A program made the position numbers and the translations under genes. A model generated the notes under the pieces. That model did no database searches, was not told the DNA's origin, and saw only the letters and a program-made list of their open reading frames with translations. 61,407 nucleotides of DNA from an uncultured Candidatus Actinomarina sp. (GTDB lineage: Bacteria > Actinomycetota > Acidimicrobiia > Actinomarinales > Actinomarinaceae): assembly GCA_902609285.1 (NCBI GenBank), contig CACLRL010000006.1, positions 1 to 61,407 on the forward strand, read 5' to 3'. Below, piece after piece: positions 30,811 through 40,803 of this stretch (position 1 is its first letter; each line of letters begins with the position of its first letter).

Positions 30811-32113
30811 CTGCCCATTCTTCTTCTGTGATCTGAGCATTTATATCAACATTTCTTAAAAGTAAATATCCTATAACAAAAAATATTGAAATACCTGGTA
30901 ATGAAAGCCTTGGATTGCCTGTAGTTGAACTGACGTAGCTATAGATCAAGGGTCCCCATATTGCAGAAAATCTGGAAATTACAGAAAAGAAACCCATAAA
31001 TTCTCCCTCTGCTCCTTTTGGTAACATTGTTGCATACACACTTCGGCTAACTGACTGCAGTCCGCCCATTCCCATACCAACTACTACACCTAAAAGGATG
31101 ACGGGTAAAAGTTGTTCAGCTGGTACAAAGTAAGCGCCATTTCCAGCCATAAAGAAAAGCGCAATTGTAAATACCAAGGTGTTTTTCTGACCAATTCTTC
31201 CAGCAAGATATCCAGCGAGTCTTGCTCCAATAAAAGCGATAAATTGAACTACAAGATAAACAACGATTATGGATGTCTGATCCAGCAAAAGCACTTCACT
31301 AAAAAATGGACCTGCCATATTTATGACAGTTTGTGCCCCATCCCAGTAGAAAATATATGCCAATAAAAAATATAGTAAGAATGGAAATTTTCTAACTTTT
31401 TTAAGAGTATTTAAATTAGTCTTCCATCCAGTAGATAGATAGTTTGTACTTACTCTTTCTTCTGGTTTACTCTCGTCTATTTTCATTCTGGAAAAGCTAA
31501 ATATTGAAAATAATAGCCACCATAAACCTGCAAACGCTATTGCAATTCTTGACGCTAATGCTGCATCAATCCCAATCAATGAAGGTCCGAGTTGAATGAT
31601 AACCAAAGAAAGAAGAAGCTGTAAGCCTCCTCCTAAATACCCAAGTGCATATCCTTTTGCAGAAACTTGGTCAATAGTATCTTCCGTAGTTATATCTTTT
31701 AAAACACTGTCGTAAAAAACATTAGATCCAGTCGCACCAAGTTGAGCTAGGAAATATATCAAAAGAGTCAAAACAACGTCTCCTGATTGAGCAAAATAAA
31801 ATGTTGATGCAAATATTGCCCCTCCATAAGCAAAAGACTTGAATAATCTCATTCTGGATCCAGCTAGGTCAGCTACTGCACCAATTGTTGGCATAATTAG
31901 AAAGAAGATAAATAAAACAGAACCAATTGCAAATCCCCATACTTCAGCACCTGTATATAAATTACCTCTAAATAAAAATCCCTCTTCTGGTACAACAACA
32001 CTTACAAAATATACTGGCATAACTGCACCAAGAGTTGTAGTTTCATATGCTGACTTTGCCCAATCATACATTGACCATCCGAAAATAGTTTTTTTGTTAT
32101 TTTTTTCAGCCAT
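30803..32113 (-). CDS. MFS transporter, UMF1/ATG22-like
   Basis: WSMYDWAKSAY, VFYDSVL, GYALGYLGG, YWDGAQT, GEFMGFF. Confidence 0.9.
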   Translation of the reverse strand: MAEKNNKKTIFGWSMYDWAKSAYETTTLGAVMPVYFVSVVVPEEGFLFRGNLYTGAEVWGFAIGSVLFIFFLIMPTIGAVADLAGSRMRLFKSFAYGGAIFASTFYFAQSGDVVLTLLIYFLAQLGATGSNVFYDSVLKDITTEDTIDQVSAKGYALGYLGGGLQLLLSLVIIQLGPSLIGIDAALASRIAIAFAGLWWLLFSIFSFSRMKIDESKPEERVSTNYLSTGWKTNLNTLKKVRKFPFLLYFLLAYIFYWDGAQTVINMAGPFFSEVLLLDQTSIIVVYLVVQFIAFIGARLAGYLAGRIGQKNTLVFTIALFFMAGNGAYFVPAEQLLPVILLGVVVGMGMGGLQSVSRSVYATMLPKGAEGEFMGFFSVISRFSAIWGPLIYSYVSSTTGNPRLSLPGISIFFVIGYLLLRNVDINAQITEEEWAAS

Positions 32114-32218
32114 ATTTTCCCCTCAAATATGACTTTAATCAAAATATTTAATTGATGGGGCTTTACAGGTAAAAATAAATAAAAAAGTTAATTATCCTTC
32201 ATCAAATGGAAAAAAAAT

Positions 32219-33310
32219 ATGGGATTTAAGTGCGGTATTGTTGGTTTACCTAATGTTGGAAAATCAACATTATTTAATGCTTTAACTCAGGCAGATATAG
32301 AGTCAGAAAATTATCCATTTTGCACAATTGAACCAAATGTTGGAATTGTTCCAATATCCGACAACCGTTTAGATAAATTATCTGAAATTGTAAATCCTAA
32401 GAAAGTAATACCAGCTGTTATGGAATTTGTAGATATAGCAGGTTTGGTTGAAGGAGCTTCCAAAGGAGAGGGTTTAGGAAATCAGTTTTTAGCAAATATT
32501 CGTGAGACTGAAGCAATAATTCATGTTGTACGTGCTTTTGAAAATGATGATATAGTGCATGTTTCTGGAAAAGTTTCACCAGTTGATGATATTGAAGTTA
32601 TAAATACTGAACTTGTTTTGGCTGATTTAAGTACAGTAGAAAAACTTTATCAAAAATCAATCAAGAACTCAAAATCTGGAGAAAAAGAAGGAATACTTTT
32701 AAAGAACTTATTAGAAAAAATATTGCCTGTCCTTGAGAAAGGAGAGAGCATTAGGCAACTGTCCTTTAATGAGGAGGAATTAAAAATACTGAAAGGTTTT
32801 CAACTGTTAACTTTAAAACCAGTTTTATATGTAGCAAACATAAGTGAAAGCGGATTCAAGGATAATGTTTTTCTTGATGAAATTATCGAATATGCAAAAA
32901 AGGACAATTCTAAAGTAGTGGCTATTTGTGCTGACGTAGAACAACAAATTTCTAAATTTGACCCTGTAGAGAAAAGTGAATATTTATTAGAGATGGGCCA
33001 AAGCGACTCAGGGCTAGATCGATTAATTAATGCAGGCTACAGACTCTTAGGATTACAAACATACTTTACAGCTGGTCCCGAGGAAGTAAGAGCATGGACA
33101 ATTAATATTGGCGATAAAGCACCAAAAGCAGCTGGAAAAATACACGGTGATTTTGAAAAAGGATTTATACGTGCTGAAACTATTGGATTTGATGATTTCA
33201 TTTCAAACAATGGAGAAAAAGGTGCAAAAGAAGCTGGTAGGTTAAGGTCTGAAGGAAAAGATTATATTGTTAAAGATGGGGATGTTTTACATTTTCTTTT
33301 CAATAATTAA
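32219..33310 (+). CDS. ychF: Redox-regulated ATPase YchF
   Basis: [39 protein letters not shown] domain [11 protein letters not shown]. Confidence 0.97.
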   Translation: MGFKCGIVGLPNVGKSTLFNALTQADIESENYPFCTIEPNVGIVPISDNRLDKLSEIVNPKKVIPAVMEFVDIAGLVEGASKGEGLGNQFLANIRETEAIIHVVRAFENDDIVHVSGKVSPVDDIEVINTELVLADLSTVEKLYQKSIKNSKSGEKEGILLKNLLEKILPVLEKGESIRQLSFNEEELKILKGFQLLTLKPVLYVANISESGFKDNVFLDEIIEYAKKDNSKVVAICADVEQQISKFDPVEKSEYLLEMGQSDSGLDRLINAGYRLLGLQTYFTAGPEEVRAWTINIGDKAPKAAGKIHGDFEKGFIRAETIGFDDFISNNGEKGAKEAGRLRSEGKDYIVKDGDVLHFLFNN

Positions 33311-33417
33311 ACTTAAAAATAAGGTAAAAATTAAAAAACTCAATAAATTTAAGTTATTTTATATAAGTTTTTAAAAGTAGTCCTTTATGAAAATCGTATA
33401 TATAGGATAATAAACAC

Positions 33418-34824
33418 GTGAAAGTAATTATCATCGGTGCACACGGAGAAGCACGTCAATTAATAAACAGAATAAGTACTGGTTGGAGTGTATCAGTAAT
33501 AGATATGGATCAAGAAAAATTAAGAAATTTTAATCCAAACAGACAAATAGAAAAGTATCAAGGTGATGGCACATCAACCTTAGTCTTAAAAAAAGCAGGC
33601 ATAGAAAATGCTAGTGCAATTGTAACTCTTACCAATGATGATGAAGTTAATATTGAAGCTTTAAAAATTGCAAAACAAAATGCAATCTTTAGATTATCTT
33701 CGATCGTAAATGATCAAAATAATTTACAACAATATAAAGACTTAGATGTAGAGGTTGTTGATCCAGACATATTAATAGGCAGAAGGTTAGAACATATCCT
33801 AGAGCCAAGAAGAGTAGTTTCACAAGCTTTTGCAGGCGGTAGGGCAGAAGCAATTGAGTTAGAAATTAATTCGGATAGCCCCGCTAGAGGCAAAAAACTA
33901 AAAGACATTGGATCAGACTTTTTTATTGTTGGTGCGCTATTAAGAAAAGGAAACGTTGTGATACCACATGGTGACACCGAACTGGAAACGGGGGATTTAG
34001 TGACAATTGTTCTTCAATCTGGAGCTTTCGCAAATGTAATTAACTTGTTTTCTGGTTCAGAATCAAGATTTCCTTTAGAGTTTGGCAAAAACGTTGCAGT
34101 TTATTTAAACAATGATGATGAATTAAAAAATTTATCTGAAGCAGAATATTTTATAAGAAATACAAAAGCTGATAAACTTGAAATTTTAACTTCTGGAGAT
34201 ATATTTGCTGATAAAAAAGAGGAACAAGCTGAAACCTATAAAGCGATAATGAAAGATCAAGATTTTGAACTTTATGATGTACAAAAATCACTCTTAAAGG
34301 AGATAGAGGCAAACAAAGAGACTTTTTCGATAGGAACAGTTTTAATTCCTTTTGATGAAAAAGAAGTTACAAAATCCAAAATTAAAACATATATTAATTT
34401 TTCAAATAAAAACAAGATTCCATTTCTTTTTTCAAGGTCGACTTTTCCATATAAAAAAATTGGAATCCTAGTAAGTAGTGATTTTAGTGATAACAGCCCA
34501 GTTAATGTTGCATTTGATTTGGCCTCTTCTCTTTCTGCAGAAATTGTGGGATTAAATATTAAGCAACCAAAATTTTTACAATCCGAAACATCAAATAAAT
34601 CTGGATTATATTCTGAGAGAATACAAGATTTGGCTTTATCTAACGAAGTTCAATGTGAAATCATTAATGCTGAGGGTAACGAGGCAAAAGTTTTCACATC
34701 TTTTACTGATAAGATAGATCTTTCAATTATAAGTCAAACAAGCCAATCAAATTGGCAAGGCAAGAAAATTGCTGAATTTGTTTTACAGAACTCAAAATCT
34801 TCAGTTTTATATATACCTAGTTAA
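33418..34824 (+). CDS. TrkA-type RCK_N/RCK_C protein with C-terminal USP-like region
   Basis: GDGT...LKKAGIENA..IVTLTNDDEVN (RCK_N), IPHGDTELETGD (RCK_C), USP-like ending IAEFVLQNSKSSVLYIP. Confidence 0.78.
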   Translation: MKVIIIGAHGEARQLINRISTGWSVSVIDMDQEKLRNFNPNRQIEKYQGDGTSTLVLKKAGIENASAIVTLTNDDEVNIEALKIAKQNAIFRLSSIVNDQNNLQQYKDLDVEVVDPDILIGRRLEHILEPRRVVSQAFAGGRAEAIELEINSDSPARGKKLKDIGSDFFIVGALLRKGNVVIPHGDTELETGDLVTIVLQSGAFANVINLFSGSESRFPLEFGKNVAVYLNNDDELKNLSEAEYFIRNTKADKLEILTSGDIFADKKEEQAETYKAIMKDQDFELYDVQKSLLKEIEANKETFSIGTVLIPFDEKEVTKSKIKTYINFSNKNKIPFLFSRSTFPYKKIGILVSSDFSDNSPVNVAFDLASSLSAEIVGLNIKQPKFLQSETSNKSGLYSERIQDLALSNEVQCEIINAEGNEAKVFTSFTDKIDLSIISQTSQSNWQGKKIAEFVLQNSKSSVLYIPS

Positions 34825-35978
34825 TGGAAAATTTTGACGCTTTATCTTTAGTAATAATATCTTTAGGTGCATTTCTTTTACCTTTACTTGCTGAGAAAAT
34901 AAATATACCAAGCATTGTTTTAGAAATTGCCTATGGAATTTTAGTTGGCCCCGTACTTGGTATTGTCAAGATTTCTGAATTTATCTCTGGTCTTGCAATT
35001 TTTGGATTCATGTTGCTTATGTTCCTTTCTGGTTTTGAAATTGAATTGGATACATTCAGAGAGAAAGGCTTAAAAACTTTATCAGTTCCACTTTCAATAT
35101 ATGTATTGACTGTAGCAACATCATTTTATTTGATAATTACCTTAGATTATCCACTATTCCTTGCACTCGTACTATGTACAACAAGTGTAGATATTGTCAT
35201 AACTGTACTCAGAAGTGACGACACAATTAAAACAAATTATGGCCAGACATTATTTATGTCGGCACTCATAGCTGACATATTTACTTTGATTGGAGTAACA
35301 GTTTTTGCATCTTTACAACATTCAGAAGGTTTCTCTTTATCTAATCTAAATGTAATCTTGTACTTTTTAATCGTTATATTAATCCTTAGAATTATTCGAA
35401 GAATAGCATGGTGGAATCCTCAACTTTTTTCAAGAATGTTTGATGGAAGTGATCCAGAGGAAATGGGAATCAGAAGCTCTATTGCATTGATGTTAACTTT
35501 AGTTGGTGTTGCAGTGTTATTTGATATTGAATATATTCTAGGGGCATTTTTGGCTGGAACATTATTTGCATTTATATTTCCAAATAGAGGAAGTTTAGAA
35601 AATAGCCTTAAGGGCTTCTCATATGGATTTCTGATTCCAATATTTTTCATCAATATTGGGTTGAATTATGACATCGAGGTTTTCAAAAATACTGAGTTCT
35701 ATGTCGAAGTAATTAGTCTTTTGGGAATAGCTTTGGTTGTTAAGGTTATTCCATCATTTCTTTTAATATTTACAAAGATAAAACTCAGACAACTTTTCGC
35801 TGGAGGATTTCTTCTTGCTGCAAGATTTAGTTTAATTATCGCCATGGCTGAAATTGGTGTTGAACTTGAACTAATATCCAAATCTTTAGAGCAACAAATC
35901 ATCCTTCTTGCGGTTCTTACAGCAACAATATCACCAATATTTTATAACTTATTTTCTCCTAAAACATCAGAGGCTTAA
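34824..35978 (+). CDS. Cation:proton antiporter (CPA2-like)
   Basis: IPSIVLEIAYGILVGP, MFLSGFEI, ILGAFLAG, FLIPIFFINIG; TAATG-coupled to the RCK protein. Confidence 0.88.
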   Translation: MENFDALSLVIISLGAFLLPLLAEKINIPSIVLEIAYGILVGPVLGIVKISEFISGLAIFGFMLLMFLSGFEIELDTFREKGLKTLSVPLSIYVLTVATSFYLIITLDYPLFLALVLCTTSVDIVITVLRSDDTIKTNYGQTLFMSALIADIFTLIGVTVFASLQHSEGFSLSNLNVILYFLIVILILRIIRRIAWWNPQLFSRMFDGSDPEEMGIRSSIALMLTLVGVAVLFDIEYILGAFLAGTLFAFIFPNRGSLENSLKGFSYGFLIPIFFINIGLNYDIEVFKNTEFYVEVISLLGIALVVKVIPSFLLIFTKIKLRQLFAGGFLLAARFSLIIAMAEIGVELELISKSLEQQIILLAVLTATISPIFYNLFSPKTSEA

Positions 35979-35979
35979 A

Positions 35980-36891
35980 TTGAAAAAAAGAGTAATTCTT
36001 TTTTTAAAAGGCGTTGGAATGGGTGCAGCCGACATAGTTCCTGGTGTATCTGGAGGTACGATCGCCTTAATTACTGGCATTTATGAAGAACTTATTGAAT
36101 CCGTAAGAGGAATCGATTTTTCATTATTTAAAATATTGTTTAAAGATGGTGCAAAAGAATTCTGGTTAAAGCTAAATGGTAACTTTCTATTGACAATTTA
36201 TTTAGGAATTACTGCAGCAGTTTTTTCATTAGCAAGCATAATTAGTTACCTATTAGAGAATCATGAATACAAAATTTGGGGATTATTTTTTGGTTTAGTT
36301 TTATCTTCTGGGGTAATGATCATTAAACAAGTTGAAAACATAAATAACAAAAATATTTTCTTTTTAGTAATGGGAGTCTTAATCGCAGGATTAATCTCAT
36401 TTCTTTCACCAGCTTCTACACCCAACACTTCATTATTTATATTTTTGTCAGGATCAATAGCAATTACAGCTACGATACTTCCTGGCATAAGTGGATCATT
36501 TATTCTTCTTTTGCTTTCAAAATATGAATTTATAATTAATGCAATAAAAAACTTTGATTTACAGATACTTTTCATTTTTGCTTCTGGATGTATCGTAGGG
36601 CTAATTATTTTTAGTAGAGTTTTATCATATTTATTTAAAAATTTCAAAAATGAAATTTTGTCACTTCTTTCAGGTTTTTTGATTGGTTCATTAGTAAAGA
36701 TTTGGCCATTTCGAAATGTTTTAGAATCTCGAATAAATAGTGAAGGAGAGTTGGAAGCAGTCGTGACAAGACCAGAGCTTCCAAACCTAGAAAATGTGGA
36801 TCAAATATTGTTCTTTATTATTTTTACAATTGTTGGATATGTACTCATTAATTTTTTACAAAAGAAATCTTTCGAGGATAATAAAGAATAA
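35980..36891 (+). CDS. DUF368 membrane protein (putative undecaprenyl-phosphate translocase)
   Basis: GMGAADIVPGVSGGTIALITGIY and ILPGISGSFILL re-entrant motifs; TTG start at 35980. Confidence 0.88.
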   Translation: MKKRVILFLKGVGMGAADIVPGVSGGTIALITGIYEELIESVRGIDFSLFKILFKDGAKEFWLKLNGNFLLTIYLGITAAVFSLASIISYLLENHEYKIWGLFFGLVLSSGVMIIKQVENINNKNIFFLVMGVLIAGLISFLSPASTPNTSLFIFLSGSIAITATILPGISGSFILLLLSKYEFIINAIKNFDLQILFIFASGCIVGLIIFSRVLSYLFKNFKNEILSLLSGFLIGSLVKIWPFRNVLESRINSEGELEAVVTRPELPNLENVDQILFFIIFTIVGYVLINFLQKKSFEDNKE

Positions 36892-36910
36892 AGTAAGTTA
36901 AAATCAAAGT

Positions 36911-37048
36911 ATGAGATTAGGATTACCTGAATTACTTATCATCTTATCAATTTTATTATTGCTTTTCGGAGCCAAAAGATTACCAGGTTTGGCAAGATCA
37001 TTAGGAAAATCAACTAGAGAGTTTAAAACTGGTTTAGAAGAAGAATAA
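36911..37048 (+). CDS. tatA: Twin-arginine translocase TatA/E subunit (45 aa, absent from the ORF track)
   Basis: MRLGLPELLIILSILLLLFGAKRLPGLARSLGKSTREFKTGLEEE: TM helix, FG hinge, amphipathic helix. Confidence 0.92.
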   Translation: MRLGLPELLIILSILLLLFGAKRLPGLARSLGKSTREFKTGLEEE

Positions 37049-37050
37049 AA

Positions 37051-37338
37051 ATGAAAAAAGTTCTTTTTTTGTTTCTCTTTTTATTTATTGCATGTGGATC
37101 TCAAGAATCAGTTGAGCTGACAACAGGAAAAGAAATATATACGGCTAGATGTTCGGCATGCCATCTAGACGACTTTTCGGGAAGAGTTGGACCGAGTTTA
37201 AAAATGAGTAATGTGTTGGATAAACCAGACTCATATTGGCTTCAAACTATTTTAAAAGGCAAGGGATCAATGCCTGCAGTACGAATCACTGAAGAACAAG
37301 CTCAATTAGTCATAGACTATATACGAGATAGCAATTAA
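37051..37338 (+). CDS. Monoheme c-type cytochrome lipoprotein
   Basis: Lipobox FIAC, heme motif CSACH, GPSL, axial Met in GSMP. Confidence 0.88.
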   Translation: MKKVLFLFLFLFIACGSQESVELTTGKEIYTARCSACHLDDFSGRVGPSLKMSNVLDKPDSYWLQTILKGKGSMPAVRITEEQAQLVIDYIRDSN

Positions 37339-38873
37339 TTTCTATTTGTTGAGTGATTTAGAGCATTTAAAGAACCTGTTACACCTTTGAGAGATTCAAA
37401 ATTATCTAATCTCCAAATCCAATTATTTTCAGATGTACCAGGAATATTAAATCTTGCTTTAGAGTCAAGCTCTAATAAATCTTGAACGGTTGTAACGGCT
37501 AATTGACAATTCGACTCCCAAACTAAAGATATAAAATTCCAAACGTCATTATCAAATTTGTTGTCTAGAGTCTCTGAGTAGTCTAAAAAATTTTCGTATT
37601 TAGATTTATTTACTTTATCAAACCACTCTTTAGTTGTAGGACTGTCATGAGTTCCTGTATAGGCAGCAAGACTAAAATCCCAATTATTAGGATGAGTTTC
37701 TTCAAAATAATCATCAGATGCCTCATCAAATAAACTTTCTTTATCTACTACTTCACTGTCTCCTGCGTAAGAAAGATTTTCATCTGAATCTGGAATTCTT
37801 TGTTGAAGAACTTTCATTCCTGGAATGTTGTATTCTTCTAATACTTGTTTAGTTTCTTTCAAAATAACACCTAAATCTTCAGCTAATAGTTTTGTTAAAT
37901 CAACATCCTTACTAATTTCCTTAAAGAAATCGAATCTTGGGCCTTCTCTCCAGTAACCATTTAATGCTGATTCTCCTTTAGGTATTGACCAGTATTTAAA
38001 AAATCCGATAAAATGATCAATCCTTAAATAGTCATATAAATTTAGTGACTTATTTAATTTTTCTTTCCAATACTTAAAGTCGTCATCCTTATGTAAATCC
38101 CATCTATATAATGCGTTTCCCCAAATTTGACCTTCCATATTAAAACTATCTGGAACTGCACCAGAGACCAATTCCATATTTCCAGTTTCATCAAGCTCAA
38201 ACATTTCTTTATCTAGCCATACGTCAGCTGAATCATGGTTTACATATATGGGTATATCTCCAAGAATTTGTACATTTTTATCATTTGCATACTTTTTGAG
38301 TGATTTCCATTGATTAAAAAATTCATATTGAGTTAAAACATGAAAGTTAACTAACTCTGTATTCTCTATTATTAATTTATCAAATAAGTCTTCACTATAA
38401 TCTTGATAAATATTGTCCCATTCATTCCATGATTTTTGATTTAAATCCTTCAAAATTAAAAATGTTATATGTTTTTTTATCAAATCATCATCAAGAAATG
38501 ATGTAAAAATTTTATCTTGGAGATTTATATTTTTAGATACATTTTTAAAAATATCATCCTTAAATTTATATACATCTTTATATTGAACGAAATCATTTGA
38601 AAATTGTGGTGTGACAATATCAATTTTTTCATATTTAGTTAGTTTTTCTATATCAACTAAATATCTGTTACCAAGAATTGATGATGGGCTTGAGTATGGT
38701 GAAAATTCATCTAGACTTGTTAGCCCTAAAGGTAGAACCTGCCATATATTTGTTGATGACTCGTTTAAAAAATCAATAAAATTTCTCGAAGTTTCACCAA
38801 AATCTCCAATCCCATACTTACTAGGCAAGGCAGTTGGGTGCATAATTAGACCTGCTGACTTTTTAATATCCAA
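37335..38873 (-). CDS. malQ: 4-alpha-glucanotransferase (GH77)
   Basis: HPTALP, GIGDFG, WQVLPL, GDIPIYV, RIDHF, AEDLG, YTGTHD, NIPG...NW.WR. Confidence 0.95.
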   Translation of the reverse strand: MDIKKSAGLIMHPTALPSKYGIGDFGETSRNFIDFLNESSTNIWQVLPLGLTSLDEFSPYSSPSSILGNRYLVDIEKLTKYEKIDIVTPQFSNDFVQYKDVYKFKDDIFKNVSKNINLQDKIFTSFLDDDLIKKHITFLILKDLNQKSWNEWDNIYQDYSEDLFDKLIIENTELVNFHVLTQYEFFNQWKSLKKYANDKNVQILGDIPIYVNHDSADVWLDKEMFELDETGNMELVSGAVPDSFNMEGQIWGNALYRWDLHKDDDFKYWKEKLNKSLNLYDYLRIDHFIGFFKYWSIPKGESALNGYWREGPRFDFFKEISKDVDLTKLLAEDLGVILKETKQVLEEYNIPGMKVLQQRIPDSDENLSYAGDSEVVDKESLFDEASDDYFEETHPNNWDFSLAAYTGTHDSPTTKEWFDKVNKSKYENFLDYSETLDNKFDNDVWNFISLVWESNCQLAVTTVQDLLELDSKARFNIPGTSENNWIWRLDNFESLKGVTGSLNALNHSTNRN

Positions 38874-38928
38874 ATCAAACCTTTCAATAGAATTATATAG
38901 TAAAATATTTTTATTCAGATTAGGTTAT

Positions 38929-40711
38929 ATGGTAGAAAGTCACTCAGTAGAATTTACAGATAAAGACGAAGCACAGAAATTAGAGTTTTTTGAAGGTGAT
39001 GTCCATTTAGGGCATTATGATTTTAGATTTGATATCAACGATAAAAAGTTTTTTTCACCTACAAAAAAAGGTGATGTAAACCTAAGAATTCACAGCGAAC
39101 CAAATATTAAAAAAGTTTGGATATTGGTTGAAGACCATGATTTAAGGCCCATTGAACTTGAACTGTATGCTGAAACAGATAGGTTTAAATTTTGGAATGT
39201 AAACCTTAATTTTAAAAAAGATATATCGAAATTTAGCTTTGCTGCACAATCAATGGATGATTTAAATATTTACTACGGTACCAGCGGAGTAGCAAACTTT
39301 ATTTCTCCATCAGAAAAATGGATTTATAATTCAAAAGAATTTATAAGGCATGATATTCCAGATTGGGTCTTTGGATCAGTCATGTATCAAATTTTTCCTG
39401 AAAGATTTAGAAACGGAAATGATGATCTGACACCTGAAAATGCTTTGCCTTGGGAAACTGAACCCACAAGATTGGGCTTTCACGGAGGAGATATTTAAGG
39501 AACTAATTGAAGATGCCCATAAAAAAAATATGAAAGTTGTTTTAGATTGTTCGCTTAACCATGTTCATCCAAGACACTATGCCTTTCAAGATTTAGTTGA
39601 AAAAGGTGAAAAATCTGAATACAAGGATTGGTTTACTGTGTTTGATTATCCTGTTCGGTTTATACACAGACCTCACTTGTACTCAAACACCTACAAAGTT
39701 GGTTGGGATGGTAATCAAGAAGAATATAAAGCATATCTAGAAAAGACATTTAAAGAAACTAAAGTTCCAGTAGAGATCAAAGAGGATGAAGGTCCTATTG
39801 TAGAACCAACATTTAAGGCATGGTGGGGGGTTCCAGATATGCCAAAAATGAATTTGAAAAATGACGGGGCACGAAAATGGGCTTTAGATGTAACTGAATA
39901 TTGGATCAAAAATTTTGATATTGACGGTTGGAGAATGGATGTAGCCAAAGAATTAGATTTTTCTTTTTGGAAAGACTTCAGAGATATTGCAATAAAGACA
40001 AAAAAAGATGTAGTACTTATCTCAGAAATATTTGGAGATACTTCTCAATGGCTTCAGGGAGACAGGTTTGACGGGACAATGAACTATTCATTTAGAGAAA
40101 CCATGATAGATTATTTTGCTACAAAACGGATTGATAACAAGGAATTTGCAAATTCTTTATCTAATTTATATTCAATGTATTCATTCGAGGCTTTATCAGC
40201 CTGTCAAAACTTATTAAGCTCGCATGATGTAAGACGTTTTTTAAATCAATGTGAGTCAAACACCGATGGAATATTTGGAGCAGTATTTTTGCAAGCAACT
40301 TTTCCAGGAATAGCAGGGATTTATTACGGTGATGAAATAGGTCTTGGAGGAGGAGGAGATCCTTTCAATAGAGAACCTTTTCCGTGGGATTCTGAAGATA
40401 AATGGAACAAAGATTTAATGAATTTTACAAGCGAACTTATGAATATAAAAGCTAATGAACCTGTCTTAAAATATGGAAATTTTCAGATGGTTAATTTTGA
40501 TAATAATTATGTAATATTTAGAAGAAAGTTTGAGCATGAATCATTTCTTTGTATCGTAAATCGAGATAAGCAAAATGTTGAGATTTCAATAGAAACATTT
40601 GCTCAAAATGTTGAAGCAGTTTATGGAGAATGTGAATTGGAAATAAGTTCAGGAACTTTAAAAATATCAGACATAGCAGATAATTTTGGCTTAATAATTA
40701 AAGAAAATTAA
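38929..40711 (+). pseudogene. GH13 neopullulanase/cyclomaltodextrinase-like gene disrupted by an internal deletion and frameshift
   Basis: Fragment 1 (38929-39498) has YQIFPERFRNG...FHGGDI*. Fragment 2 resumes in another frame at FKELIEDAH..VVLDCSLNH and carries DGWRMDVA, EIF, SHD, YYGDE. Confidence 0.8.
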
Positions 40712-40720
40712 ATTCTTTTC

Positions 40721-40744
40721 TTAATTAGAAATTTTTCTAATTAA
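40721..40744. promoter_or_regulatory. 11-bp-arm inverted repeat upstream of the sugar-binding protein (candidate operator or hairpin)
   Basis: ttaattagaaa-tt-tttctaattaa. Confidence 0.4.
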
Positions 40745-40803
40745 AAATTATAATTTTTACATTATTCAATTTTTGAATATACGTATATTAAGAAAGGGAG
40801 TGT

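Noticed and set aside
39484-39500. Programmed ribosomal frameshift in the GH13 gene
   Set aside because: A frameshift could not restore the missing core barrel segment, and there is no clear stimulatory structure.
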